A stretch of 61,277 nt of DNA, the filler included, from Sphacelaria rigidula (Eukaryota), in NCBI GenBank assembly GCA_964200075.2. It is 4 parts of 4 records of this genome, joined end to end, with 100 filler letters (N's around TTAATTAATTAA, not from the genome) between each part and the next. Parts side by side here need not be neighbours in the genome. Positions count along the whole stretch, not along the records: positions 1 to 15,249 come from CAXNAA020001840.1; positions 15,350 to 30,595 come from CAXNAA020001841.1; 2 more parts are not named here. One strand, written 5' to 3'. Each line of letters opens with the position of its first letter. Position 1 is the first letter of the stretch. Below, piece by piece: positions 13,583-26,800 of this stretch. A program made the translations under genes and the position numbers. The notes below the pieces were generated by a model, which did not search any database, was not told the origin of the DNA, and saw nothing but the letters and a program-made list of their open reading frames with translations.

Positions 13583-15077
13583 ACTTTGTGTTTTGGTGCA
13601 CTTTCTGCGGGCAGATAGTTGATGGTACGTGAGCAGGGGTAGTGGCAGTCGCTCGGATGGTTCAGTGGGGTAGGTGTTGCAGGTAACTGCTTAAATCGTG
13701 TGGCTCAGCGGGGCGAGTGCGCGGGTAACGTCAATGCCTAGATTATTGTTTGATAATTGGAACACCATTTAGTATTTTTACGTGCGGTGGTTATGCATGA
13801 ACGCTCTAGTCTTCAAAGAAAGGCCGCTTTCACCACAATTTTGCTCACTGGGGCACGAGGGGTCATATTCTTCACGTTGGTCATAGCCAACGACATGGAG
13901 AGCCTACAGCTTGATGTTATTCTCATGTTGACTCCCACCTTGGTGTTTATATCCTGCTGGCGGTGTCTTGCATTTGAATAACTATCTACCGGAAAACGTT
14001 TTGGCGTTGCATTCAGCTTGCGAACATCGGTCAGATGCAATGTACTGGAAGAAACACGGCACGAATTTACCCTTTCTACAATCACGCACCATTAAATTCA
14101 GAGTATGTCATTCAGCAGTCCTCGGCCATCGGAAGTCGCTAGTGAAGTAGTATTTGTATGCTCTAAACTTCTGGCATCTTGGGTCACAGGCTAGATGTGT
14201 GGCAACGGGTAGACCTCAGTACGAGCTGCCTTGCGATTACCAATACAATCCGCCGAGAAATGTTTTTGTAGCATGTGTTACAAGAGTGCAAGAAGCCCGA
14301 AACGCCCCTCAGCAGGTCCTAGGAAACTACGCCTCGGCGGGTATTTATTTCAGTTCAAGCCAGCTCTCGGCGAGTCAGGCGTTGGTGCTAGCAGCAGCTC
14401 CGACAATCATGATACGAATATACTGCAGGGATGACGACGTCCGACGGCATCAGCGGCAGAGGATGAGAGATAGGGCGTGATCAAGGCTGGTGATGACATC
14501 TCGTGAAACAAAACGGAAGCATGTGCACTGTGTGCCGCTCTACGGTTCTATTCGCGGGTGAGGGGAATAATGTAACTGGTGTGACCGCCCCACCTCCTCG
14601 TGGTAGCACCTGTGGACTGCGCAGATTTGGCGGGAGTTTGTCGGGGTTCGGCGTAAGCGGTGGCCACGACAAAGATCTTCCGACCCAGAAGCAACACCCG
14701 TCGACAGCGGGGCCGACTGAAAAGGCGCTAAACTTCCGCGGTCCGGAGAGATTCGGTGACGGTGACGGTGACGGTGACGGTGACGATGACGAGATGACGC
14801 AAGTTCTAGGAGGTAGACGCCGGTTGGAAAATCTAACGGCATTGAAAAGGAATGTGGTCGTCTTGATAGCAGGAGGCGCGAGACCTTTGCGAAAGGGCTC
14901 GCTGGTTCCGCGCATACTCTGACTCAAGGGATATTTTTGGGCAATCGTCAACAGGGGCTGGGCGAGAATCAGGGGGCTGTAGTATCGGCGGAGGCTGCCG
15001 CGGCGGGGCATCACCAGGAACAACACCGATCGGACGCGGCGATGATAGCAACGACCGCCCATGGAGGAAGTGTTGCC

Positions 15078-15249
15078 ACTAGCGGTACCTTCATCGGTTG
15101 GTCCGGTGTTGGTGGTGTTGGTGGTGATTGGTAAGAGAGCATGGACGAGAGGGGGGCTAACGTTTTTCATGAGCACGGAAGGGGTAGGGCCAGTAGCGGT
15201 ACCTTTGTCGGTTGGTCCGGTGTTGGTGGTGTTGGTGGTGATTGGTAAG
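15078..15249. repeat. Direct repeat (~56 bp, two copies ~114 bp apart) at contig end
   Basis: TAGCGGTACCTT...GGTTGGTCCGGTGTTGGTGGTGTTGGTGGTGATTGGTAAG at about 15080-15135 and 15194-15249. Confidence 0.8.
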
Positions 15250-15349
15250 NNNNNNNNNNNNNNNNNNNNNNNNNNNNNNNNNNNNNNNNNNNNTTAATTA
15301 ATTAANNNNNNNNNNNNNNNNNNNNNNNNNNNNNNNNNNNNNNNNNNNN
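15250..15349. other. Artificial contig linker (N44-TTAATTAATTAA-N44)
   Basis: 100-nt spacer with a six-frame-stop 12-mer at 15294-15305; the same structure recurs twice more. Confidence 0.97.
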
Positions 15350-15384
15350 CTGTCCAGCGGGCCACTCTCTGCGTCCGCTGGGCG

Positions 15385-15736
15385 GCCAGGTTCCCGTTTT
15401 TTTTTTTGCGCGCTTGCGTTTTTTTCCCGGTAACCATGATGGTAGTCGAGCTAGATCATGTTGTGCGGCGTGGGAGAACCTCAACTCCGCACAATGGGGA
15501 TGATCGTATCACGTGGTGTTTACATGGTGAGACACCCATGAGGCAGTGTGTTATGAGGGGTCCATCCCTACAAAGCCAGGTTTCCGCTTTGTTTGCGCGC
15601 TTGCGTTTTATTTTGCGGTGACCATGATAGTGGCCGAGCTATATAATATTTTGCGGTGTGGGAAAACCTCAACTCCACGCAAGGGAGATGATCGTACTAC
15701 GTGGTGTTCAAACGGTCATACACCGATGAGGCAGCG
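15385..15736. repeat. Diverged tandem duplication (~187-bp period)
   Basis: TTTGCGCGCTTGCGTTTT...ACCATGAT...AACCTCAACTCC...GATGATCGTA...ATGAGGCAG twice (about 15404-15546 and 15592-15735). Confidence 0.8.
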
Positions 15737-15824
15737 TAACCCGTAACTGTCTCTGGTAGTTGCGATACCAGAAAATTCAGCAAGTCATTAGAGGCTGTCA
15801 TCCAAATGCAAGATAATCAGTAGG

Positions 15825-16020
15825 CGTCGGGCAGACCAATCTTGGCAGGATGCAGCTCACCCGTCATGCGACTTGCCGAGCACACCGCGGCGCTTCGCGC
15901 TTGGTGATTGAGTGCGAGCCTGGTCCGGCGATAACCCGGCGTGCACCCTCCCGGCTTTGTAGGGATGCGAGATTAATGGCCATATGACTATGACATGCAA
16001 GATCATCAGTACCCCCCCGC
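15825..16020 (+). mobile_element. Non-autonomous retroposon (SINE-like) with a LINE-like 3' tail
   Basis: Reverse copy at about 31405-31595 and partial copy at 44874-44985; tail GTAGGGATGCGAGATTAATGGCCATATGAC...AGTACCCCCC resembles the LINE 3' end. Confidence 0.6.
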
Positions 16021-16371
16021 GCGCCCACCCCCTTATGAGCCTCTCCGTGAGTCGTTTGAACAAGAGGAGGCTTGTAATGAGGGGTAACCTTCTTCGCCGG
16101 CTAGCGGCGAGAATGTACACATTTCTTCACATGTCTTTTACGTATGTTGGGTCCCCCGCCGCTTTTACTTTTTTTTTGTGACCGCTGAAGTTTTTTCGTG
16201 ACTTCTGGGTGCCGGTATTCAAACCCGGGATTTGGTGTTATGAAGAACATGAGTTACGATATCAAGGTATCGCTAATGTAAAAAGGTGACATCTTGACGA
16301 GCACTTGTGGGAATTTTCCCCTTTCACGTGGTGGTACTCTCATTAACTTGACATGTGGGCTGTATTCGCAG

Positions 16372-19125
16372 GTTTACACGGAGCTGACTTCACGCATGGT
16401 GATGACTATGGAATGGGTCGAGGGGGCTCGGTTATCGGACCAAGCGATGCTAGATACGTACGGACTGGAAGGGTCTAGACTTGTGGACACTATGGTGAGG
16501 CACGCCGGAGTACATACAGGGCGCATGTGATGCTCAGCCCGCCACTTATTTATTGTGTACAGGTTTCCCAATAGCCTGTGGTGAGCGTCGGACCGTCATG
16601 CTGTTCAGCATGCTGTGCCTTCTAAAATTCTCCTGGCACTTGAGAGTACTTTTATCTACATTTGCCCTGTGCTGTTTTTGCCGCTTAGATTGTGTCGCCC
16701 GTGATGTCCCCGATCTGTCCATCGTGGGTGATTCAAGGAATTGCGCGATTGGTTACGGTTTCCGATGTGCGTCACCCTGCGTGTTGGTGTCCACAACATG
16801 ATGAACGATATTATGCGTCTTTCGATTGTTCCTCTGACCTACGCAGTTGTATATCTCCAAACAGCAACGCTCATGCGTTTTGGATACACGCTGCTCCGTG
16901 CCATTCAACTTGTTTTTCAATTCACCCGCGGGTTTCCTTGCCGCAGGTACAATGCTCCTTGAGGCAGATGCTGGAGAACGGTTTCTTCCACGCGGATCCC
17001 CACGCCGGAAACCTGTTGGCTTTACCGAACGGCAAGCTTTGCTATCTTGACTTCGGCATGGTAAGTGAGGCACTCGAATGGTCTGAAGCAGCATTCCGAC
17101 GGGGGTATTTACACTGACTGTAAATGTGTATTTTTTTGCTGGCACGCTTTCGAGATCGACCAGGCATCTAATACCTGCGGGTCGTGTTCCATTTCTGTCT
17201 GTAATGTTGCTGGCTACTTCTAGTCGCCACATGCTAGACCTGGTTCCATGTTTTATTCCGTTTGTCTCTCGACCGTCAACAAAGTACACTTCCATCCCCC
17301 TGATTACGTTTGGTCCAGGTGAGCTATGTAGAAGCGGGACAGCGGTACGGTATCATTGAAGCAGTGATCCACCTCGTCAACCGAGACTTCGTCGCCCTGG
17401 CGGACCTGTACAAGCGCCTCGGTTTCATCCCCCCAGAGCAAGATCCGGCACCGATCGTGGAGGCGCTTTCTAAAGCCCTCCCAGATGTACTAAATGCTTC
17501 TGTGGGCGAGCTGAACTTCAAAAACGTGATCAACAAGCTCGGGGACGTGATGTACACCTTCCCCTTCTCTTTGCCGCCCTATTACACTGCGGTAATTCGA
17601 TGTCTCGGGGTGCTAGAAGGCGTCGCCATCCAGGTTGACCGCGAGTCGCGAATCATCTCAGATGCCTACCCGTACATCGCTAGCCGTTTGTTGACGGACT
17701 CTGCGCCGGAGCTGCAGAGCGCTTTGCAGCAACTCTTGTTCAAGAATGGGCAACCAAGGTCAGCACACGCACAACGTTTGCGCTGTGACCGCCCACTTCG
17801 CCGCTAATAACTGACTATTGTAGTTCGTCTCGTGCTTTTTTGCAAGCATGCTTGAGGCGATATTCTTGATCCGGTTGCGCCGTGGTCACGTATCATCTCT
17901 CTACTTGATTCTTGTCCCGCTCCATGGTTTGTTCGAAATGAAAAGGTGGGAGCGGTTCGAAGAGCTGTTGGAGGAGGCGCGAAGCACGAGAGACTACGAC
18001 GTAACTCTTGCAATCAACCAGATGGTGGATTTCTTGCTCAGCCCCACCGGGGCGCCGATCCGGCAACAGCTGTCGGTGCAGATTGTTGATCAGGTTGATC
18101 AGCTGGGTGTAGATGCCGTTTCGTTCGCACGAAAAAATGTGCGCCAGGTAAGATGACAGTGAGGTTTGAGTTGTCCGTGGTCGGCGTGAATAGGATGTCC
18201 TGCAGTCTCGTCTATCGTACCAACGGCTTTTGCATAACCCGACGTTCGTAATTACCATGTCGGTGGTTTTATCTTGCTGGAAGCGATGGTCAAGGTGTAC
18301 CGCCATACGCCGCTGTAGGGTTCCCACAATATATCAGGACAACCATCTTTGTTGCAGTCCATATAGCCCGCCCTTTCGTCCCCGCCCCCGTCCCCTCCCT
18401 CCCCAATTGCTCGCTTCCATGGCGAAATTCTTCCCGTTATAGATTAGCGCAGGTAAAATACCCGCATTTTTGTCCGGGGATCGGGAGGTACTGGAGGACC
18501 TCATGGCCCACTCGGACATGACTCCCGCGATGCAGTCAGCCATCCGCGTAGTGAACCTCCTCACCAGCAGCGCCGGATTCGACGCCGGAAAGGTGCGTTG
18601 CAGCGAAATATGGTGACCGCATATAGCTCATGTTTTTTTATATAAACACGTAACGTGGAAACTCGCTGTCCACTTGAGTTCCTTTTGACCGTTCACTCGC
18701 GTTGTTTTTCATTAGCTTGACTGGCGCTTCAATCACTGACATGTTGAGATCGCCACATTACACTGAAATGGCCAGCAGCTGCTATTCACCAGGATGGATC
18801 CCTTGTCTTTTGCTCGAAATGTCACCACACCCAACGGCATGTGCATGCTCGCGCTCCACAAGAGGTTGAGCATCGTCTACCCCCCCCCACTGCTGACCCG
18901 CCACTTTGCCAGATCATTCCGCTGTTGAGACGGCTCTTACGCGAGCCGGAGGCCCAGGAGTTGACAATTCAGCTGGCGTCAAGCCTTTCGGAGCGCGCCG
19001 TCACCCGAACAATTCGAGCTATTTTTAACGTCAAGCAACCTCGTTACGAGCCCACTGTTGCTGCGCCTTCACCCAGCACGACGCCAGTAACCGCTATTGC
19101 ACCTCTACCTTCTTCCAGTCGGTAG
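16372..19125 (+). CDS. ABC1/UbiB (ADCK) atypical protein kinase, plastid/cyanobacterial type; 3' part only. Exons 16372-16494, 16947-17060, 17319-17758, 17946-18147, 18443-18592, 18913-19125
   Basis: GT-AG exons splice in frame and give [39 protein letters not shown] and [12 protein letters not shown] motifs. The 5' exons were not found on this contig. Confidence 0.93.
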
Positions 19126-20849
19126 CCGCAATGGCGCACGATCCGTCGAGACGTACAGTATGAGGACGACGTCGTGAAAGAAGGGAAGGTCGCTCGGTTG
19201 TCGGTTGTCATGAAGCGTTCTCAGATCTTGTATTTATTGATTATTGATTGGATTAAGTCGTGAGAGCTGCTCGTGTTGAACAACCCTGCAGGAGGCAGTT
19301 GTGAGTGATGGGTTTTGGCGTCCGCGTACAGTACTGCAGTGTGTCCTTGCTTGCAGTATCTCAGTTTCAATTATCGTGTAGCCAGGGCTAGTTGCAGTGA
19401 TCCGGCGCCGCAGTGCACCGTGGTCAAAAGGCGCGTGCGGTATACCTTGTACAGTGGAGGAAGGCACACGTATATGTATCCATATTGTGACCAGGTGCCT
19501 GCGCTAGAGGGTCTGCGTATATCTCGAGCGTACACAGAGCACATGATGTTTGTCTTATGAGGGCGTTTGGCGGGGTGTCTTGGATGTTGGTCGAAGTACG
19601 GATGTTGGGATGTGTGCTGTCAGTGACGGTGATTGTGCTCCGGATACAGGGTATTGTGCATACAACGATGGTACAACCTGAGAACATGGTACTTTTCACG
19701 ATCATACGACAGTTGAACACGATTGATGTATGCAGGCATATGCCTTCAACAGCACGGCGCTCCGTTGGCGATGCCACTGGCTGATCGATATTTACCGTGC
19801 ATTTTCTTTCGTACGAAACTCTTCGGCTTTACATCACACACAGCTCTTTTTTGAATCGCTTGGATGCTTTCACTGTTCCTACGTACAGCGAAGGTCTACT
19901 GGTACGTGCGTATGCTCCCAACAACCTGTAAGGCCGATTGCACCGTGACTTCTTGTTATCATACTGTTCGATTGTATGTCGACGTGAACAAACACAGACC
20001 CGAACAATGCTACGGTAGTGGCGCACTTCTTGCGCAGGACCTTGTCTGGTGTAGATGCTCCGTACGATTCTACATGCACAAGGACATCGGTCAGGTCATG
20101 CTCGCTATCACATTTATTGCGGGTTTTTTAGCATATTGGAATAGTAATCTTGGCGTAATCTCAGATAATTTCTACATGTTTATGGTGAGGTGAAGGGCGT
20201 CGAACTCGTGTGCTCCTCGCGTGGGCAAAACGCTTTGTGCTAGTTAGCTCGAAGGACTGCAAGAGTTGGGGCGTGAGCTCTGTTCAAATGAGCGCCACAT
20301 GCGCTGAACAGGGTTCAACGCCGCACTTCGCCTTGCTTGGGTTGGGTCCAGGGTTGGGGTTAGTGTTAATTACGTCAACCATGAACAGAATGTAGCGCAA
20401 CATCGGATAACCCAGCTCATTTCACATGTGGCAAGATGACGTGTTTCTATCGTTTAATGTAAACGTTCCACCCTACCCTGCGCACCCTGTTGGGGTGCTA
20501 GAGGATATATAGGCTCAACTTCTGAGAATAACGCGCCCCCACGACCCCTTTCAACACCATATTTGCAAACTTTCTTGTGATGAACAACTCATGCAGATGA
20601 ATCGGCAGTAACGAACACAACATACGCTCCAAAAACCCACACGCACACCGACATATGGGGACGAAATGTCACCTGACTTCTCCGAAACACAACGCACACA
20701 CAGACGACCACCCATCAAGTATAGTATACCTCTATCTCGAACACCATCTAATCCACTAAACCTCGAGCTGCACAAGAACGAAATATGGTAAAATCAGTCA
20801 GAGGAGAGGTGAATCACAGCCATTCTAACAGTCCCTCTACTGTCTGCCC

Positions 20850-23538
20850 TCAACGTTGCGGTGTTTTCGCTGGAGCAGAATTCGATACATTGTTTACCCC
20901 GTTCGATCCCGACGTCGATGACCTTACGCTGCTAGGAGGTTTCAGTGCTGCTCGCTTCGATGCCTCCCGGAGACTGCCATTGATTTTGCTACTCGTGGTG
21001 GCAGTGGCGGTTCTCGGCAAAGGTCGGGGATGCTTCGATTCGGCCTTCGGTGTAGCCGGCGCCCTCTCGGTCGCTGCCTTTGCGGCTGCCCGAGCCTCTC
21101 GGAGCTGAGCTTCGAAATTCCTCCTGAGGATGTTTTCCCTGCCATATATTTTGAGGAAAAGGCGACGTCAGGCTACGAAGGTACAGCAGCGTAAATGGTA
21201 CCGACGACATATATCAGAGTCGTATAGGAAGCCTGTAGCCTTGGTGTATTGCCAAATCTCGGTGGGCGGTACGACACTTGGTTAATGTATGTTTTTACGC
21301 ACCTGCTCTTAAACTTGAGGATGATCTTCGTGCGGTTCGCGTCTTCGATTGCCATGGCCTCCTCCAGCTGTCGCACTAGCTCATCTTTCTCCTCCTTCCA
21401 CCCAAGGATTCGGTGCGGGCAGTTTGGACTACAATGATGAAGGTTTCTCATCACCGTGCATCGCTCAATATTCTTTGAGAGGGATACTGCAGCCATTAGG
21501 GTTGTAACAATCCGTTCTTCGCTAACATTCTAGATATAGTATCCCGCAACGCTAAGCGAGGAATCTTCGGCAACTAAGCCCATTTGTCAGGGCAAATCCA
21601 AATGTCCAACTACCACATGACTTGAAAGCACTGTGGTTCAAGTCAAGCGACCACTGTCGAAGATGGATCAACCCGCCCAAAATCAACATCATCAAGTGCC
21701 TCAGCACGTCGGCGAGAGCATAGCACCTGGAGCTGTTTCCGGTCCTCTTGTGCAAGCTCCTGCCCTTCCTCCGCGAGCGCTACACGTTGGACATACAAAT
21801 CCCTGTCCCGCTCTGCTTCCGCAGCCATCTTTGCCTTCACCTGAGTGTGCACAAAGAAAAAGCAGACATTAAAGCTGCAGCCAAGGTACGGTTGTGAGCA
21901 GCCAAGGCGAGGGAGGCTGAGAAAATATCACAGAGGATCGTTCAATGGTCGGATAGTGGACCGTAACCACGTATCAGCAGTCCACGTGCTACTCATCCGC
22001 GACATAGAGTTACGACCATTATATTGCGAAAAGATACCGACCTGATGTAACACGCTGTTGACCACGAGTGGCTCTCAAACAAACTCAAGTATGCAAAACC
22101 AAAATTTTGCAATTACCTCCTCTACCATGGCGATGGCGCGTTCTTGTGCTTCCTCCAACAACCTCTCTCGTTCCCCCTCATGCCTCGCGCTTAGCTCTGC
22201 CTGCAGTGCGTCCCGATCCCTGGCTGCTTGGGCCCACATTTCTTCCCTCACCGCAATCATCTTGACGCCCGTGCGTACATTTGTAGCGCGCAACACAAGC
22301 GATCAAGACGGTGGGAAAGCGGATACCGCTCAGCGCACTTGTGTAACCTGGATCTGCATCATGATTGAAAGTAGAGCACTCTTTGCCATTCAGCGATCCA
22401 CAGCCAGCGGCGAGGCGCACACATGCCGATAGCAGGGCTGTCGTGCTGAACTGCCAGGGGGAGCGCTGGCCCACGTCTCGCTGACAAGTACAAATGGAGA
22501 CTATTTAATGCAGCATCTCAAGTACGGAGTAAACTGCTACCATGATGTGACTTGAAAGCAGTGAAGGCAAACGTGCAGCAAGCACCACGCACCACCAATC
22601 GTGAAAATGAATGGAAAGCTCACCTTCTCTTGGAACTCTTTTTGCATACGCTCTCGATCTTCCTGGAGTTTTTCATTCAGGTCTTTCACCTTTTGTCTCA
22701 GCTCCGCCGTACCTTTAACCCGAATCTCTCGGTGTTGCCTTGCTCTCTCGACCAGGAAGGCAGCCTCAGAGCTGCACGGATGAATAGGAACCAAGGAAAG
22801 TTAACGCTGGCTGCAGACAGTTGGAAACGATTGACACAGCTAGCTGCTGCGAGGATGCGAAGAAGCTGGGATGTTCCAGCGACTTCAAAGGTTGGACTGT
22901 CAGCTGGATATCTTGGTTTCTTCTCGTCTTCACTATCCTGTATCCAGCATGTTGAGATTTAAACGTCAAACGTTACACTTGTCGCACCCCTCGTGCGGGC
23001 AAAGCAGGAAGCAACTGGCGAATGTTGAACGTTTGCTGCTGTCATGGTTTGGTTTCAGTGCTGCGCTGCATGCAGTGGCTTACGAATGCACCAGGTGGTG
23101 AGGAATGAAAGCCAGATGAACCGAATATGAGCCTACAAGATGACCTCTGTCGATTAGAACCAGCGACTGGCATCGTATCAATCAGGTGTGATCCGGTTCC
23201 TCAGAACAGTACGTACCAGTACCCTAGTGTACTCGAATTGCAGGACCATGCGTAAGGCACCGCCGCGTGTTTCCCCGTGTCGAACAGCACCGGTATCTAA
23301 GAGCAACGACACCTGGTTTCAAATGCAGCGCACACAAACGGATACACACAAGCACGCACGCACACACGCACCTCATTTTCTCCATGCGCTCCTCTAGGCG
23401 GTTAATGCGGGCCCGCTGCACATTGATCTGGTCTGCCTTGGTGATCTTCCGGCCCGTTATCGACCTCTCTGCCCGCACAAAGAAATCAGGGAGCATGCAG
23501 CTCTTGATGAGCACAAACATGGCGATTTCAAGGAACAT
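20850..23538 (-). CDS. Coiled-coil protein of unknown function. Exons 23538-23372, 22771-22624, 22260-22117, 21840-21727, 21394-21303, 21123-20850
   Basis: All junctions are GT-AG with consistent phases; E/R/K/Q/A-rich heptad-like sequence (ELRQKVKDLNEKLQEDRERMQKEFQEK); TGA at 20852-20850. Start codon uncertain. Confidence 0.75.
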
Positions 23539-23837
23539 GGCGCGATCGGTCGTGGGAAATTCCCCTGAAGAAAGAAAGCTCTGGTAGAAGCAAGAATTCC
23601 GAGAAGAATGCCCGAGGGTCGGGGCAGCGCCCAAGCTCCTCGCGGCAGTGACGATTCGTCCTTCCAGCTGTAGCTTGACCGTGGAGAGAAGCTGAACGGC
23701 CGAATTAGTAGTACTTCTAAAAATACAAGGGGTATAATTAGATTATATTGACATCAGCGGTGCCCCTTTGAGACGGCGGTGTGCGGTCGTCCCCACTCTT
23801 GTTTCGAGGTGTATGTAGGATACAGGGAGAGATAGAG

Positions 23838-26800
23838 ATGCCATCCTCCGACGTACGAAAAAAGCACAAGCAGAAAAAGAGTTCAAAAAATCATGGGGGC
23901 CGCGGTAGCGATAAGGGCGAGCATTCCAGTTCACATGACAGCAAGAAAAGGCGCAGAAGGGACAGCAGCAAGGGCACGAAAAAAAAGCCTCAGGAGCACG
24001 AGGGCAAAAAGAGAGACGGCGGAAAGGGTAAGGGGACCAAGCCTGTAAACGAAGCGAGGGGGCGCTGCAGGCGTAGATCCAGGGGAAGGACCACAGGGAG
24101 CAGCAGCTCTAGTAAAAGTAGTAGCAGCAGTGGAAATAGCAGCACTACTACCACCACTAGTGATAGCAGCCTGGGTAGCCGAGAGTCGCCAGAAAGGAAA
24201 AGATCATCTACGAGAAGACATGGATCCACCCCAGCTAGGCTCACCGGCTCCAATTCCACACCCGAGGATGCCAGGAGAGACAGTAAATCCTCATCCTTCC
24301 GGACGTCGCGATTTCATCGAACTCTACCACCCAGAGGTCATAGTCGTAGTAGCAGCAACAGCAGTAGAAGAAGCAATAGCAGTAGTAACAGCCGTACTCG
24401 CAGGCGTGGAGAGAGCAAGAAGCCCGTCGGCAGAGTAGGGGGAGAATCCCAGCTGAAAACAGTTCCGAGAAGGTCTCCCATGCTGCCGTCTCCATCATAC
24501 CAAGCACGAAATCGATCCCCACCCGCGAGATCCCCGTCACCAAAGCGATGGAGTCCTTCCCCATCTCCTACTGCGCCCAGAAATCGAGGAGATTCTTCTT
24601 GTGGAGATAGTGACGGGGCCTCCACAACCACGCCAACAAAGCGTCGACGCAGCAGAAGTAACGGCCGATCTCATCCTCACCCTCATGTGCGCACGTCCCT
24701 CGAAGGCGCCCGGGGCGGCCGCAGCTCAGAAGGTCAGGCCGGCAAAGGCAGAACTAGATATACGAATAGATATAGGGATGAAAATAGGTATAGGAACGAG
24801 GTGCATCGTGACAGCAGCAGCTCCAGGCGGAAATCGCGCTCGCGCACGCCCACCCGGACAAAGTCACGATCACGAACTAGGTCGCGGTCTCGGTCGCGGC
24901 TGGGCAGGGCTCGGAATCATCAGGACGTCGATAAGGCCAGCGTGGGAATGGCAGCAAGAAAGCATGCTAGTAGTCATGACGGCCATGATGAGGGGCGTAG
25001 GATAGAAAGAAGGCGAAGCAGCAGCCATGATGCCAGGGTTACTAGCGCGGAGCGCGCGTCGGGGGGGCGGAATGGTAGGAGTGGTGGCAGTGGCGTTGGC
25101 GGTACGAGGCGTGGAAACGTGGAGCACAAGGCGGAAGCACGCGGTCGGGAGAGCGAGAGTTCATCGACTGTTGAGACTCCTTCGAAGACCTCGGCCAAAT
25201 TTCCCGCGAAACCTGTGTCTAAGTCGGCGTCTAAGGGCGGGAAAGTGGGAGGCGGCAAGAAGGAAAAGTTGAAGGCCAAGCGGGAGAGCTCCACAGGGTT
25301 GTTGAGCTTTGGGGATGATATTGGTGCTGAATCGAACAATTCCGCCTTTCAGGCACGTGGTGCTTCAGACGTTTGACAACAGCGCTCGAGTTGGGAGAAC
25401 ATGTCATGGCCAAATCTGATAAGCCAGACGCGTAGCCGCGCTGAAGTAACGCTACGTTGTGATCACTGCGATTGCCCATCTCCAAATCATGAATAATCCT
25501 TGTACTTTGTCTGCTGAACGACAAACAGCATATGTTCGCGTCGTATGCACAGCGCACGTTTTTGGTCAACTGTGTGTCACTCGGCCTTCATTGCGCTCCC
25601 TTCGTGCACCGTGGTGACTGGTGTTATCTAACAGAGTCTTGGAGCTGCGACAGAGAACGAATTCAAGCGCCAGAAGAAGACGCCGGTGGTTCAAAGCGGG
25701 GCGCAAGAAGTAGTCTCCGAAATTGAGCATGAGAATGCATCCGTTGCCGCCCGACTCGACACCTTGAGGGAGAAGAAGAGGGCCGCTATGCTAGGACCGT
25801 CGAAGATTAGTGCTGCGGAGTCTCGGGGACAACGCCCGTACCAGGTCAGAGGTGGCGAGAATTTCGACCTTGTGTGTAGGGAGGATCCGCTGGTTCGTGG
25901 CCGTGGTCGTGTGTCGTAACGGGGATCACTCCAGGCTAACTTCAAATCAGTGGTGTTGGTGAAACACCCGCGGAAGCTCACATGCAGATCTGTACTGCTA
26001 GTGTTGTGACAGCATTGCTGTTTTCATGGGGCAGCAGATGCTGCGTTTGCTGGCCGACGCACAAGTACAAAAGGATTGACTGCTGGTGAAGCAAAAAAAT
26101 ATTTATCTTGCTCAAATTGGTGTCAGATCTGTACTGTTTGTGTTGTGACAGTATTGCTGCTTTCATGAGTCAGCAGATGCTGCGTTTACTCGCCGACGTA
26201 AAAGTGGAAAATGATTGACTGGTGGTGAAGCAAAAAAAATGTCTTGCTCAGGTCGGTGTGTGCCTGTAGCACATCATTCCAACTTGCCGCATTCGCTGTA
26301 CGTAAATGTCCGCAGGAAGACCGGCATGTGGTGGTATCCTGCTTGCACTCACCCGACGACGTCCACTCGAAGTTCGATGCTTGCCCCCCGTGTTTTTTTG
26401 CGGTCTACGATGGCCACAACGGAGATCTGGCGGCAGAGATGGCGAAGAGCAAGGTGACTAACAAGTTGTACAGATATGCATCCGTGAAGTACACTCCACC
26501 CATACTATACCTGAACTTGAGGGTAAGAGACGTCGCGCTGCAGCAGCACATGAGCAGACGTCGTGCACACGAACTGCACCCAGCCCACCATATATCATGC
26601 CATCAGCACTTGTCACCGGTGGTACGCTTTGATTCCACATATTCAACTATCAACTACGTCGCGTGCGTTCGGCACCCGGTGTCAACCGTGCTTGCTGCGC
26701 TCCACACCTACTGGTATGAGAAACCGCAGCTTCACACCTACGTGGCGAAAGCTTCACCGGTTACGGGTCTTCGTGGGCAGTCGGCGGAGATGATTGAGGG

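Noticed and set aside
14481-15176. 231-aa minus-strand ORF and overlapping plus-strand ORF
   Set aside because: GC-rich and repeat-containing; the strand cannot be decided and no domain is recognised.
23990-25339. Minus-strand ORFs over PP2C exon 1, and over the LINE (52785-56763)
   Set aside because: Antisense shadows of low-complexity or purine-rich coding sequence.
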